DNA of 64,000 bases, taken from the NCBI GenBank assembly GCA_951406725.2, contig OX597817.1, positions 72,354,001 to 72,418,000 of the forward strand, written 5' to 3'. This document shows positions 42,566 through 57,437 of this stretch, in pieces. The notes under the pieces were generated by a model. It was not told the DNA's origin. It searched no databases and was given only the letters and a program-made list of their open reading frames with translations. The DNA comes from Octopus vulgaris (lineage: Eukaryota). The stretch's first letter is position 1, and each line of letters begins with the position of its first letter. The position numbers and the translations under genes were made by a program.

Positions 42566-43343
42566 AGTCCAGTGCTTTTACAGGCATTTCAGTAATAGTA
42601 AAATTTTAAGTAAAAATACATATAATTACCATTTTTTGCAGTCATTTTTAATTAAAAACTTTCCAAGAAAATTTAAACAAAATTTAGATTTTTTTATTTC
42701 ACTAACTTTCATTTAGAAATTAAATTAAAAATTAATGATAATCATGGCAACTTTGCCCTTTCTGGACATAATGTATGTACTGTAATTTCGGTACTGTGTT
42801 GAGACAAAGTTATAAATGAATATATTTAAAGAATTTTAAAATAATGAAAAAAAGTGAGGATACAAATTTAATAAAATGACTTTATTTTGAATAAATTAAA
42901 TTAATATTAAATAGAATATAATTACAAGTAGCATTTACTTTTTCTGAACTGCCATACTACAGATTCCAGCACTGCTCATAGAGATAAGGCCATAAATAAT
43001 TATATTTTGTTTACTATAAAATTAATAAATAAATTATAAGTAAAGTCCTTTTTTGCATGCAAATAATTAATTCCATGTTTGAAAATTTTAAAATAGTGAA
43101 AATTGACAGTTAAAATATTTGAATTTTTCTCATTTGTCTTTACTAAAAAGCCCTACAACATGATTCAATACTACTCATAGAGACAAAAATAATAAATTAT
43201 AATATTTTATTTAAAAATCTTGTTATTAAAATAATTCATTCAAAAATGGACTTTAAAAAGCCATACTACAAAAAAATTAAGCAAAAAATTTCATTTTTTA
43301 TAACAAATAATTTAGACTAATGAAAATAAATATTAGAACTATT

Positions 43344-43615
43344 TGTACATTATTTACATTATTTACAATTGACGGATATTTGTCCTCATCTTGCTTGATG
43401 TTAACACAACGTTTCGGCTGATATACCCTCCAGCCTTCATTAGGTATCTTGGGGAAATTTCGAAACTGGGTTCTCATTCCTAAGGTATTTTTCGATGTTA
43501 TTATTATTAGTAGTAGGAGGAGGAGGAGGAGGAAGAGCAGCAGCAGCAGCAATAGTAGTAGTATGGAATCGAACTCGGAATCTTAGAGTTAGTAGCCACT
43601 ACGCCATATGCCCGT
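43344..43615 (-). mobile_element. tRNA-head / trinucleotide linker / hammerhead element (family D), copy 1
   Basis: Minus strand: GGGCATATGGCGTAGTGG..GAGTTCGATTCC, triplet repeats, ACATCGAAAAATACCTTAGGAATGAG, hammerhead at 43403-43448 (core CUAAUGA), tail TGTAAATAATGTA. Confidence 0.8.
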
Positions 43616-43717
43616 GGTTCAATTTAAAGAATATTTTTAGTATGAGTCTACATTTTTCATTGGCTAGTCCAGTGCTTTTACAGGCATTGCAGTAATAGTA
43701 AAATTTTAAGTAGAAAT

Positions 43718-43791
43718 ACGGGCATATGGCGTCGTGGTTAAGTGCGCGGGCAACTAACCCCCAAGAATCCGAGTTCGATTCCAGGCAGTGA

Positions 43792-43827
<36 letters not shown>

Positions 43828-43856
43828 TGATAATAATAATAATAATAATAATAATT
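43718..43856 (+). mobile_element. Family D copy 2: tRNA-like head + (AAT)n, body missing
   Basis: GGGCATATGGCGTCGTGGTTAAGTGCGCGGG..GAGTTCGATTCCAGGCAGTGACCTG(AAT)n, with A and B boxes. Confidence 0.8.
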
Positions 43857-44127
43857 AAAAGATTGGTGTGGATTCAAAGTGTCAATGTCGGGCGTTACTA
43901 CCCGTTACTACTATTTTGGTCTATACATTTTTTCTCTTAACTTTTGTTCTACTGCACCAGATTTTTAAGTATTTTATGTCTAAATGTAGCTTATCACTAG
44001 TCAAACAAAATTCAAACAACGAAACTTTGATTTCGATTAAAACTGAATTATTGAGAATGCTTGGAAGACGCCGACTGCGACAAAAAAGCTACGTTAAGAA
44101 TATTATTCAACTACTACCGTAGTTGAA

Positions 44128-44185
<58 letters not shown>

Positions 44186-44189
<4 letters not shown>

Positions 44190-44443
44190 CCTTAGGCAAG
44201 TGTCTTCTACTATTGCCTTGGGCCGACCAAAGCCTTGTGAGTGGATTTGGTAGATGGAAACTGAAAGAAGCCCATCGTATATATGTGTATGTATATGTTT
44301 GTCCCCCCAACATCACTTGACAACCGATGCTGGTGTGTTTACATCCCCGTCACTTAGCGGTTCAGCAAGAGAAACTGATAGAATAAGTACCAGGCTTACA
44401 AAGAATAAGTCCTGGGGTCGAATTGCTCGACTAAAGGCGTTGC
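44186..44443 (+). mobile_element. SINE family A, headless copy
   Basis: GGCACCTTAGGCAAGTGTCTTC..CTCGACTAAAGGCG. Confidence 0.85.
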
Positions 44444-44671
44444 TGAAACAAATAAATATACATATATATATATATTAGAAGTTTCATTTGAAGCTCCCTG
44501 ATCTTCGAAAAAAATTGACACATTTGTATCCTGTGGTACTAGTGTTGAGGCTCTTGACTGGATATGGATAATCAGACTTTAATAAGTTCAAATCAAGGAT
44601 TGGTCATAACCGGGCATTTCCAAATGAACCATGCAACTTACATGCGGTGTTTCAAATACATCAGTATATGT

Positions 44672-44900
44672 TTCTTTATTGCCCTCAAGGGGCTAAGCAT
44701 AGAGGGGACAAACAAGGACAGACAAACGAATTAAGTCGATTACATCGACCCCAGTGCGTAACTGGTACTTAATTTATCGACATCGAAAGGATGAAAGGCA
44801 AAGTCGACTTCGGCGGAATTTGAACTCAGAACGTAGCGGCAGATGAAATACGGCTACACATTTCGCCCGGCGTGCTAACGGTTCTGCCAGCTCACCGCCT
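44672..44900 (-). mobile_element. SINE family B, full-length
   Basis: Minus strand GGCGGTGAGCTGGCAGAACCGTTAG..GAGTTCAAATTCC..CCTTTCATCCTTTCG..GTCCCCTCTATGCTTAGCCCC. Confidence 0.88.
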
Positions 44901-46621
44901 TTACATCAGTATAGAGAAACAAGAATCAGTCTGTAGTTATAACGCAATGCTGGACAAGTAAACGAGTCAAGGATACAAATGTTCAGAAATATTGCTCTTG
45001 ATTTGTCGCTGTTCAAAAATTCCCATTAGACTTTTTTTAACCCTATGCATCATCTGTCGGTGATCCGTCGTAATGCTATTGAGTATATGATATAGAATAC
45101 AATCTGTAGGAAGTTCCTGATAGAAAGTCGAATGGCGTCCATAGTTGGCAGAATGAATTCTCACTTTTTAAAGCTAAAACATCTACGTATGAAAGCATAA
45201 CAGTGCTTTCACGACGCTATTAGTATCTCCTCTTAGCATAACCTTGACACAAAGAAAGCGAGCCTCTAGAGGCTTGCTCTAACTGGAAGAAAAAGCAGTC
45301 ACATTTCCAAATCGAACATTTTTTCTTTTGAAAATAAGAGTACGGAATAGTGGCGGCCGGAAAGTCTTTGACCAAAGATCTGCTTGATCTGAAACAAAGT
45401 ATCAACAACTGGGATGTGAAATAAAACTCAAAGCATTATCATAAAGAATAGAGATTAACCCTATCTCTGCTTCAGCTATCTCGTATTGTATTGTGGCACA
45501 ATATTTTTAATAATTCATCAAAAGCGGAAAAGTATCCACTTTAACTTCGTGGCAAGACATCTGCGAGTGGGAAGAAAGAACCTATGCCTTATAGTGGGTT
45601 CAGTATGAAGAAGCACATCAAGATTTACAATTGTCCATCCTCTAACCGATGGTATGAAACACTTGCCACTGAATGGATTCTACAAAAGTTATCTAAGGAT
45701 CAGTAGGTGTTCTTAAACGAGTTATAGTCCATCATTCGGGCTATCACACACTTTTTTGTCCACACATTTTCACTCATTATGCTTGGATTGAGAAACTTGT
45801 CGAAGTTGCCTCAGCGTACTGTTTCGAACCCGGATGTACACACCCGCCCTTACGAAGTAAAATTGTTGAATGTGTCTATAAAATATATTAGTTACTATTT
45901 GTAGATTGAGTCATCAGTTATGCATTCGCTAGATCAGTAAGTCTACATTTAACAATAAAAGTACAGGGTGTTGGACACGTACACACCCAATATATGCACA
46001 ATTACATATAAATATAAATGATCGTTGATATCTTGAAGTCCGCCTATTTCATTATGAAAGGCATATGCTTGACATAACCTACAAACAGCTTTATCACACT
46101 ATTGTTAATCAAACTGTCACCAAATTTTGCTAGTAGACACCTCCGAAACTTTTATTTCATATATCGGCATATGGAAGATGTAGAATGGTTTCAAATTTTG
46201 GCACAGGGTCAATAATTTTGAGAAAGGGTGTTAATCGATTACATCGATTCTTCCTGTTCTTCGCCTTTGAAAGGCCTATAATGGTTATAAGAAATCAACA
46301 GTATATTAATAGTGCATCTTTTGTCGGCCTCAGGAGTCTAATAAAGAAAATTTTAACTCAGAACGTATAAGTGCTAAATCAAATAATGAAATGGTTTTCA
46401 GTCCAGCTCACAATCTCAAATGTATTTATATATGCATGTGTGGAAGTATGTACGTATGTATGTATGTATGTATGTATGTATGTATGTATGTATGTATGTA
46501 TGTATGTATGTATGTATGTATGTATGTATGTATGTATGTGTGTATGTACACCACTTCAGTGTCGTTTGTAATCTGTGTAAGTTGGACTATTAATGTATAT
46601 ATATATATATATATATATATA

Positions 46622-47010
46622 CTAGCTGTTGGACCCGGAGTTGCTCATTTTTTCCGTGTTGAAGTTAAGCCCACCTCTGACCTTGTATTGAAATCTTCTA
46701 CGTTCACCATGCCAACTGTTACCCATTACGATGCTATATTTGGTTCGGTACGCTGTTGCAGGATGAGTAGATGTGTGGCAGGCAGAGGAAAAATGGTCAG
46801 AGCAGGCGATGGATTTTTTTTCCATTCAAACGCCCGATTGAGCTCACAAAAATCGATGCCAACTGAGCATTATCTAGTTTTCGAAAAATCCTGGCCTTCT
46901 TTGAATTTCAGGGCATGTGTCAAAAATCATTAAAATCGGTTGGTCAGTATGGGGGGAGATAGAGTAACCCCAAACGCACACAGAGACAGACACCATTACA
47001 CATCTATGTA
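46622..47010 (-). mobile_element. Helitron-like non-autonomous element
   Basis: The minus-strand 3' end GAGCAACTCCGGGTCCAACAG-CTAG|T fits the Helitron CTRR terminus. The other end has CAGAGACAGACA + (TA)n. Confidence 0.65.
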
Positions 47011-47402
47011 TATATATATATATATATATAATACAAATGATATATACATATATGCATATATACATGTTTATATGTACATACCTACATATGTATGTATATA
47101 TACATGCATATATGGATACAGGACATCAAAAAACGTGGACACAATGAGAAATGAAAACATAAAGATAAAAATATAGAACACGAACTGTTTATCGAACAAA
47201 AAAAACGAGACTTGCAACATAAAGAACATTCCCTTCATCAGTTGTCCCTGTTTCATCAACTCCGCGATTCGAATGTAAGGGCAAAACGCGACTACGTTGA
47301 AACAAACCAAAGTAAATAAAATTTGGGAATTCTTTGCGGAGGGTGAAAGTTGTAACAAAAACAGGACATATGACCGAACACCACGCATCTTTTTCCAAGT
47401 AA

Positions 47403-47455
<53 letters not shown>

Positions 47456-47536
47456 TTTCCTGAGCGTCCAATAACACTATACTTGTTCCACGTCCTCGCG
47501 TTGTTGTGTTTTCTCTTTGTGTTTTCATGTTTGGAT

Positions 47537-47584
<48 letters not shown>

Positions 47585-47602
47585 TTATTATTATTATTAT
47601 TA

Positions 47603-47675
<73 letters not shown>

Positions 47676-48299
47676 GTCTGGGAATGGTCATTTGCTTATT
47701 TATTTTTACTAAAGTTTTCTTTGCAATTTGCAACCCTTTCAACAATCGTTAACTCTGTCCGTTATAGGATTGTGTTCTTTTTTGTGTCTGTTGTTTGTTT
47801 TTTTTTGCTTTTTTTTGTTTTGTTTTTTTTTGTTTTTTGTTTGATTTTTTTGCGTTGTTTTCTTCTTTTGAAAGTTTTCACCTTTGCTTTCTCTCTCGTT
47901 TTGCATATGTACATATATAAATATTTTGTATTTGATGGCTTTAATATATTTGATATATTTGATGTGTCTAACTTGCTTATATGCATAATTGCTTCTATAC
48001 CAGCTCCACCTGATCCTTCTTATAGCCTTTCTTTACCTTGTGGAGCGATCCCATGTAAAGGCACCGAGTCTAAGTTTGATTCTTTTGCGCACTAAGTCAT
48101 TTGTATATAGGAAATATCTGGATTTCATCTGTGAACTATATATATAATTTTCTGTATGTATATGCGAATAAATACACACAAACTCATATATACAATTATA
48201 CACATATTCATATATGTATGATGAGTAAATTGTCGCCATTCTGTATGTTTTTATTTTGTACATGCGTATTGTTTGTTTTTGATTTTGTCTACAACACAG

Positions 48300-49095
48300 T
48301 ATAATAGAGTCGGTTGGACACCGTCTACGAGAAAAACAGCACCATGACGCAATTCACTCTGTCAGAAATTTGGAAACGACATGCTGAATTGATTGGCATT
48401 CGCGCCAGAAGCTCCAGTACGGATGTTACAGAGTGTTTGGGTGTCAATTTGAGAACAGAGCAATCTGAGGACATGCACCGAGAGCGATAAAAATCAAACG
48501 TCCAGTCAACATCCTGGTTTTGGGAACGATCTCTAGTGATGGCGACGTTATGCCTCCATTCATCTTCCCAAAAGGACTCAGACTCAACATGGAGGCCTAC
48601 ATCAAGTGCCTAGAGGAGATAGTACTGTCCTGGATCAAGAGGGCATCTGCTGGAAGACCTATGTCTGGCGACTGGACTCTACACCATGCTACACAAGGAG
48701 AACTCAGGCATGGCTGTCAGATAATTTCTGCAATCACATCACCACTAACATTGGCCACCTAACTTCCCAGACTGCAAACTTCTTAATTATCATGAGTGTG
48801 CCTCAGCTGAGAGAGAGAGCAACAAAATTCCTTGTAACACCAAAGATGAATTGAAGGCAAGGATTATGGCAATATTCACCAACTTAAACAAGGAGACTGT
48901 CCAGAAGAGTTGCAGGAGATTCCGGAGTCGTCTGGAGGCCGTAGTTGAAGCCAAAGGCGATTTTATTGGATAAATTTCCTCTTTAATATTTAAAGATAAT
49001 GTTATGTAATTTTGGTGAACACATCTGTTAAAATGAGATGTCAGCGTTTTCATTTTTGCATAAGTTAGACGACAGTTTATTCACCGCAACGTGTA
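48300..49095 (+). mobile_element. Degenerate Tc1/mariner transposon, maT (DD37D)-like
   Basis: GTISSDGDVMPPFIFPKGLRLNMEAYIKCLEE, YVWRLDSTPCY..TQAWLSDN, WPPNFPDC and C-terminal CRRFRSRLEAVVEAKGDFI. Frameshifted and deleted; the subfamily call is an inference. Confidence 0.8.
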
Positions 49096-49340
49096 TGTGT
49101 GTATGTATGCGTGTGAGTGTGTGTGGATAAATGGTATTCACTACATGTTAAGTTGTCGAGCCCACTCCCTGATTAACTACCACGCTTAAATAACTAAACG
49201 TTTTCTACTAATATTGCGCATCTATCTGATACCTAGATCTTGGGGTATATATAGGCATCTCAACTTGTATTATATCAGTATAGCACTCTAAAAATATTTT
49301 AACTACCTTTCTCAGAATGATTGTTTCTCGATGATATATA

Positions 49341-49531
49341 CGAAGGGATGCTGAAAAGTACCAGGCTTTGGTACACGATGATTTTCTTCAATACATTCCC
49401 CTCTCAGATTCACACACTTGTTGCAGTGGTCCTTCAGTGTTTTTAAGCCCTGTAAAAGAACTCGGAAGGTTGCTCCTCCAACCAGGCCTTTCACGATACT
49501 CTAAAAACCAGGAATTCTCAGCACTCCCTCG
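49341..49531 (-). mobile_element. Mariner-derived MITE
   Basis: TA|CGAAGGGATGCTGAAAAGTACCAGG ... CCAGGAATTCTCAGCACTCCCTCG|TA. Retains the transposase C-terminus HCNKCVNLRGECIEE. Confidence 0.8.
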
Positions 49532-50769
49532 TAAAATAGTCACTTAGCGCTTTTGTCCGTTCTTGATCAATTTATACACCTGCAGTTTATGATGTGCCAC
49601 ACATTGTGTGAATAAAGGAGTAACTGTCGTTCGTTCAACAGCAGCTGAGACGAATAATGGCTGAAGCATTTAGATGTCATGTGAATTGATACGTACTAAA
49701 TATTTTATATTCTCTTTATATGATATTTATTGTCAGTTTCTCCATAATTCACATATATAAGAGATTTAACACCGGTTACTTATTGGGTGGTGGTGCATAT
49801 TCGTGATTATATGCTTCACGTGTTGACAAGTTGCATGTTCGCGTAGCAATGACTATATACATATACGTGTGTGTATGTGTGTGTGTGTATAAGAGAGAGA
49901 GAGAGAAAGAAAGTACGTATGTGTGTGCGTGCGTGTATACATACATATAAATGCGCACACACATAAATGTGTGTGTGTGTATGTATGTGTGTGTGCGTGT
50001 GTGTGTGTGTGTGCGTGATAAGAGACTTATGTTTACAGATAGCAGCCATCACAATAAATCTCCATCATCCCAATAGTCACCATTAGGTCTTTGTGCTCTG
50101 AGATTACTCTTAAAGCCAGTATCTGATTTGCAAAACTTCAAACATGTCACAGATATCTTACATGTGGTATGGTAATTATATGTCTTACATGCGGTATGGT
50201 AATCGTACACTTTCATGTGTCTTTTCAAACCAGGGTCACTCTCTCAGATGTTTTCATGTACTATACAGTTGTTGTTACCACAAAAAGGTGGCAAAGCATT
50301 ATTAGATGCATCTTGGTTTCGCAAATTACTGCGTGCTTTTACATAGCTTATGTAGCTAGTTTTTGACAGTGGGTATCGGTCACAAAGACTGCATTTCTGT
50401 TTTAGTTTATGCTCACTATCACCATCTGCACTACATAAAACACGTCAATTACCGACTTCTTCCATATGAGACTTACGAGTGAAGATAAAATGAATCGTGT
50501 GACCTTGTTTTGATCGCGGACATTTCCATTTATTTTCTCTTAATTTGTGTCTAAAACATGTTACAAAAATATTTGTAACACCCTTTAGAGTTCACAGGAA
50601 ATTTTAAGTGTAATCCATTATTATTCTCATCTCTGAATTTCTCTGCATTACACTTGAGCTGAATTAATAACTTTCGATACAAGAAAGATTAAAAATGAAA
50701 CTGCTACAAATAACATCGAGGAAAAGTATAGAAATTTGTTGAAATTTAAATTCCTTAAAAAATGGATCT

Positions 50770-50980
50770 AAAAGACTTAGGAATTCGACTAATTTAGCTT
50801 CTTCTACCAAATTGACAGTGATTTAACATACTCAACGTAGCAAATACTGCATCATTTCAGGAATGACATTCATATTCAGGGTCAACAAATACTTCAGCTC
50901 CCAACATCTGCTAATTCTTTGCAAAATTTCCTAGTGAGACTACAATGGAATACACTTTCCAGATATGGGACGGCAGTGTG
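50770..50980 (+). mobile_element. Old CR1/L2/Jockey-group LINE fragment (post-RT region)
   Basis: Frameshifted HILNVANTAS..FIFRVNKYFSSQHLLILCK..VR..MEYTFQIWDG resembles the LYK..VRP.MEY...W motif. Confidence 0.45.
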
Positions 50981-51330
50981 TGAAATTGGACCACAGAAAA
51001 CTGTGTACCAACTCGTTAAATATTTAGTACATGTTTCTCATTGGTCTAGTTTATTATTCGCATTTTCTTAACACAATTATCTGGTTATTGGATACTTTTA
51101 TGAGAGTCAATTCTGTTACAAGTGTTTAGATCTGGTCTTCAGTCTGAGGATTAAGCTCCGAGTTGCAATATCTTCTGCAATTTCCCTCAGAAAAGTCGGA
51201 AGCTTTGGAAGGTGGAGGAAGTCATAGGCGCTGCCTTTCAATCTCCATATAAACCATTAAAATATGCACGTATGTGTGTGCATGTGTGTGACTATGTCTT
51301 CAATCCTGTTTGTGTATATGCATGTATGCA

Positions 51331-51436
<106 letters not shown>

Positions 51437-52321
51437 GTGTGTATATATAAGTATGTGTGTATGTCTGTGTCTGTGTCTGTGCCTGTGTGTGAGTGTATTT
51501 GTGTATATGTTTGTTCCTCACCTACGCATGACAACAGGTGGTCGCAGTCCAGCCATAAAAACCAACTGAGCTTAATTTCATCTACTCTACATTTGCTTAA
51601 AGTATGTGATCATATTCTTGTACTACATTCATTACATTATGTAACCTGAATTTTGTTTTTGGGTACCTATTTGCTTCCATTAAAAAGTTTGAAAAATAGC
51701 TAATATTTCTTTCAAATTTTGCTTTTCTTACATTCATTCAAACCCTAAAGAATTCCTCTCAATACATGGTTATGATGCTCTGCCACTACTCCTGCTCATG
51801 ATCAGAGATGCACATATAGTCAGCCACTCAGGGACATGCTCAAGTGGTTAAAGTCAAACACCTGACGAGCAAACCTGTGGTATTGAGCAAACGATATTTG
51901 TGCTTCAGCAACTTAACGTTGAAACTATATGAAATGTAATTGAAAATAGGTCGGTTTCAAAACAACGATATCCAGGTCAAAAAAGCAAAGTATGAAGGGA
52001 ATAGGTCAGTTTAAAAAAACTAATATCCAGATCACAAAAGCAAAGTTAGAAGGTAATAGAAGTGACTTTCTTTGATTTCTAGATAGAAGCAAATAACATT
52101 TACTGATGAAAAAAAAAAGGAAAAATTGTTACTCAGTGTTATTTAGGACGCATTTTTATAATCTACTCTCATATTATTTTTCTTTAGTTAAAAGATTCCA
52201 AAATATTTACGAAGTTACCGAATATATGTCTCTATACTAGCAGTCTTGAAATAGATACTTTAAAGATTAATCCATTGATAAAGAAAATCATACAGACAGA
52301 CAGACAGACAGACAGACAGTC

Positions 52322-52514
<193 letters not shown>

Positions 52515-52702
52515 CAACTACAATTCATAAAATGAGAATGATAGGAAATTATGCGTAAAATGCGTAGGTGAATTTTTTACATCATCATAAAATCATTCTT
52601 GAAATTATACACAATAATACTACACTTTAATATACATGTAAAAACATGTATATGCATATAAGCTTCTTTGTCTCTCTCTCCTTCTCTCGCCCCCCCTCTC
52701 TC

Positions 52703-52756
<54 letters not shown>

Positions 52757-53268
52757 TTTATGCAGAGATTGTTAAATTTAACAATGCTCAGAAACAGGCT
52801 AGAATTGAAGTGCTGTAATTGAGCTAAGTTCCAATTTATAATTTCAATGTAGGCAATACCAGCGGAAAACTAGAGGAACATGACCTATAATCCAATAGAA
52901 TATTCAATACATATGCCTACTTTCAGTCATATATATATATATGAATGTATGTATGGATGGGTGTATGTATGTATGTATGTATGTATGTTTGTATGTATGT
53001 ATGTATGTATGTATGTATGTATGTATATATGATATCAGTGATACCCGGCGTTACTAGGGATTAATATGGCATACATTTTTATAGGTTTACTTGTTTCGGT
53101 CATGTGACTTCGGCCATACAGGAGCACCGCCTTTAGTCAAAGAAATCGACCCCAGGATTTATTGTTTGCAAGGCTAGTACTTGTTCAAACAGCTTAGTTA
53201 CGGGGACTTAAACACAGCAACATCAGCGGTTAAGCAAAGGTAAGAGTACAAACACAGTCACGCACACT

Positions 53269-53299
<31 letters not shown>

Positions 53300-53334
53300 C
53301 ATAAATGTATGTATTTATGCATATATATAAAAAA

Positions 53335-53433
<99 letters not shown>

Positions 53434-54348
53434 CACGTATATACATCTGTATATATATATATACATACATATATACATACATATATGTATATATATATAT
53501 ATATTTGTACATGTATGTATACATATACATATGTATACTTTAATACTTTGATACTTTCATAGGTTCCAAGCAGCATTGGGCCAGGCCAGGTCTAAATAGC
53601 ACCACCTGGCAAAGTCATTTATATCAGTAATCGGACAACATGGACCACTCGAGGAAAGACTTGTTGTTTATGGAGACACATCAGGGTGTAGGAGGATTAT
53701 CTGGGATTTTCTGAAAGAATTTGTCCATGTATATATATACATGTATATATATATTTATTATACATGTATGTATATGCATATATATGCATATAAATATACA
53801 TGTATACAAATATATACGTGCATATAAATATATATGTATATATATGAATATATACAGGTATATATATATATACATATATATACATATACATACATGTACA
53901 TATATATATACATGTATATATACAAATGTATATTTATATAATGTATATATATACATATACATGCACAATATATATATGTATATATATGTATATGTATATA
54001 TGCATATATATGTGTGTGTACATATATATATGCATACATATATATATATACATATATATATAAATATATATATATGTGTATATATACATATATATGTATA
54101 TATGCATATGTATATATACATCCATCTATATATACGTATATATATATATATACATCTATAAACATACATTTATATATATACATAATATATGCATACGTAC
54201 ATATGTACACATATATACAAACAATTCTACATGCATACATATTTATACATACATATACATACATATATATAAACATATACATATATATACATACATGTGG
54301 ATCGTTGGCGATTTTTTCCTCCCACTCCCGGACTCTCCTCCGTCTCCT

Positions 54349-54383
54349 GTTTCTGACGAAAACTTTTGCTCGAAACGTAAAAC
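54349..54383 (+). ncRNA. Minimal hammerhead motif (stem II decayed) in a Penelope-pLTR-like repeat at ~54295-54490
   Basis: GUUU CUGACGA aaac uuuu GCUC GAA ACGU A AAAC. The downstream ..GCGTC..CCACGTCCTC..GTT is shared with 47455-47540. Confidence 0.65.
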
Positions 54384-54685
54384 CACCTTTCTTTCCTTCC
54401 CTGGGCGTCTGCTAATACGTCGTATCTACCACGTCCTCACGTTATTTTTTGTTGTTGTTTTCTTGCGCTTATTCTTCGTGTTGTGGAGACTTACTAAATG
54501 CATACATATATACATATACATCTATATATAAACACACACATATTTATACATACATATACATACATATATATATATATGCATATGTATATACACATATAGA
54601 CATGCATATATATACAATGTATATACATATATATATATTTATACATACATACATACATACATACATACATACATACATACATACA

Positions 54686-54718
<33 letters not shown>

Positions 54719-54824
54719 GTATGTATGCATGTCTATATGTAAGTGCGATAATAGTTTCGCTTTTCAGAATTAATTTCAGTTTCAGTATTAATAATGAAAC
54801 TGTTAACACTCAAATTATCATCTC

Positions 54825-55059
54825 GCATTACAATTGAAATGTCATTGTTTCACTTTTGACTCGTAAAACTGAAAGAGTGTAAGAGATAATAGATTGCTCC
54901 AGGCTCGCATTACGCAAGACGCTGAAACATTTTTTGGCCGATGACATTGCATGGCCTCTGACATTGCATGTGTAAATTTTTTGATGAAATTGGTTGGGTA
55001 GTTCTCGAGATATTGTGATACAAACATACAGACACACAAACATTCTCATTATATATATA
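54825..55059 (-). mobile_element. Helitron-like element, 5' part
   Basis: Reverse complement TATAATGAGAATG..GAGAACTACCCAACCAATTTCAT..AAAAGTGAAACAA matches 16470-16705. Confidence 0.6.
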
Positions 55060-55061
55060 TA

Positions 55062-55577
55062 CGGAGTCGTATAGTTTCTATTTATTGATAGTAAGCCATA
55101 GCATACCTAATTATATCAGAATTGGGTTCCTAGACCCGTGAGGACCCCCAAGTGCAAGCATGTCTTCAGACGGCACAAACCACTAAACCCTACCAGATGG
55201 TAGAGGACGTTCTCTACCATCGTGTCGAACAGGAATTCTTTTTTTCGATCAAGATATACGATATAACGTCCAAATTAATCTATTAACAGAAGTTTATTAA
55301 GTGTTTTTCAATCAAACAACACACTAATTCAATAACAGATCAATCAATGATCAACACTATGTGCTAAATAGTCTTGAGAGCCTACATTCCAATATGATTT
55401 GCTAGATATAACGGTTAAACCAGCCAAATATGATACCAGAAACATTATAACAGTGAAATGATAATAAAAAAGACGGGCTGATCTTAGCAGAAATGTATGT
55501 ATGTATGTATGTATGTATGTATGTATGTATGTATGTATGTATGTATGTATGTATGTATGCATGCATGTATGTATGTA

Positions 55578-55613
<36 letters not shown>

Positions 55614-55717
55614 TGTATGTATGTATGTATGTATGCATGCATGTATGTATGCATGTATGTATGCATGTATGAATATAGTCTGTGTATACACACACACGCA
55701 CATCTATGTCTATATCC

Positions 55718-55769
<52 letters not shown>

Positions 55770-56061
55770 ATCTCTCTCTCTCTCTCTATCTATCTATCTA
55801 GCTAGCTAGCTAGCTATCTATGATACACACACACACACACTCAAATTTCACTTCGTCTTTATAGACATTTTGTTATGACTGCGGTTATAGTACCGTAACT
55901 GTCTGATTGTGATTCAGCATCGTTGCGATTCATCTTGGGCAAGTGTCCTCTACTATAGATTCAATTCTATGAGGTTTGTGAGGAACATTTGGTTCATTCA
56001 AATCGAGCGGAAACCTGTTGTCATGCATGCTCGCACGCACACACACGCACAAACGCACGCA

Positions 56062-56127
<66 letters not shown>

Positions 56128-56587
56128 TATGCTCGCGCGTGTATATATATTAATGATTGGCAAAGGAACAGGAGACGCATAATCACCTACCTGTTTATTG
56201 TACAGCCATGGCTAAGTGAAATCATAGCATATCTAGCTCTTTCTCTCTCTCTCTCTCCTTCTATATATATATATAAACCGGCACATCGTCGGTTGGTTAC
56301 GACGGCTCGTGAAATTAGCATGCAAGTAGCAGAGCACTTCTCAGGCAAATGTACCTCTAACATAGTTGTCAGGGAGATTCAGCGTGACGCAGAGAGTGAC
56401 AAAGTTGGCCTTTTGAAATACAGGTACTACTCATTTTTGTCAGCTGAGTGAACTAGAGCAACGATAAATAAACTCTCTTGTTCCAGGACATAATGCCTCG
56501 CGGGGAATTGAACTCTAGACCATATAATTCTGATCTAATTAGGTATGCTATGGCTTACTATCAATAAATAGAAACTATACGACTCCG
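55062..56587. repeat. 62-bp near-perfect inverted repeats flanked by TA, enclosing 1.4 kb
   Basis: 55062-55123 vs 56526-56587 differ at one position; TA lies outside both ends. Confidence 0.9.
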
Positions 56588-57055
56588 TACATTGATTTGT
56601 CCAGAAACCATAAAACTGTTAAGATGGCGCTGGTTAGTGTTTAATTTAGAAATAAGCCACCTTTCTACTAAACAGTGACCGATGGTGACGCTCTATGTTA
56701 ATCAAAGGAAGTATCGTGTAGCCAATATACAGAATCATCAAGATTCCTGAAGTTTATTATTCCTAATGTCTTTAAACCCGACATCTATAGGCGTTATTGG
56801 TCAACAAACGATTAATCAAAGCAAGCTTGGCCAGATAACGTATGTATCTTATAAGTATTTTACTGCACAATATAGAGGTGACAATAGAAAAATCGATTGA
56901 TGGATATAATTATTATTATGAGACCGCTAAGTTGACAGTAGAAAAAGTTGAATTAGCAACAGTTAAAGAGTAATTAAGATGATGAGTAATGGGGTCATTA
57001 AAATATATTTTGAAATAAATCTTAATGAAACTGCAGTAATATGAGTATGCGTGTG

Positions 57056-57113
<58 letters not shown>

Positions 57114-57149
57114 ACTACTATAACTATTACTATTACAACTATGTGTAGC

Positions 57150-57205
<56 letters not shown>

Positions 57206-57406
57206 ATTTTTATTGCCGTTGGTGTTATTTCAGTAAGAGAAATCTTGCTTCTTATAAGACGCTTGGTGGGGCGCGGCAGGTTTTGTGTTGCCTTGCATGT
57301 TAGTTTCATGAGAACGTTCGTGTGTGTGTGGGTGAGACACAGAGAGAGAGAGAGAGGAGGAGGAGAAGGAGACATATATACATACATACATACATACATA
57401 CATACA

Positions 57407-57437
<31 letters not shown>

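Noticed and set aside
53725-54295. Long degenerate TA/CA tract as a possible satellite or coding repeat
   Set aside because: Decayed microsatellite with no higher-order period visible.
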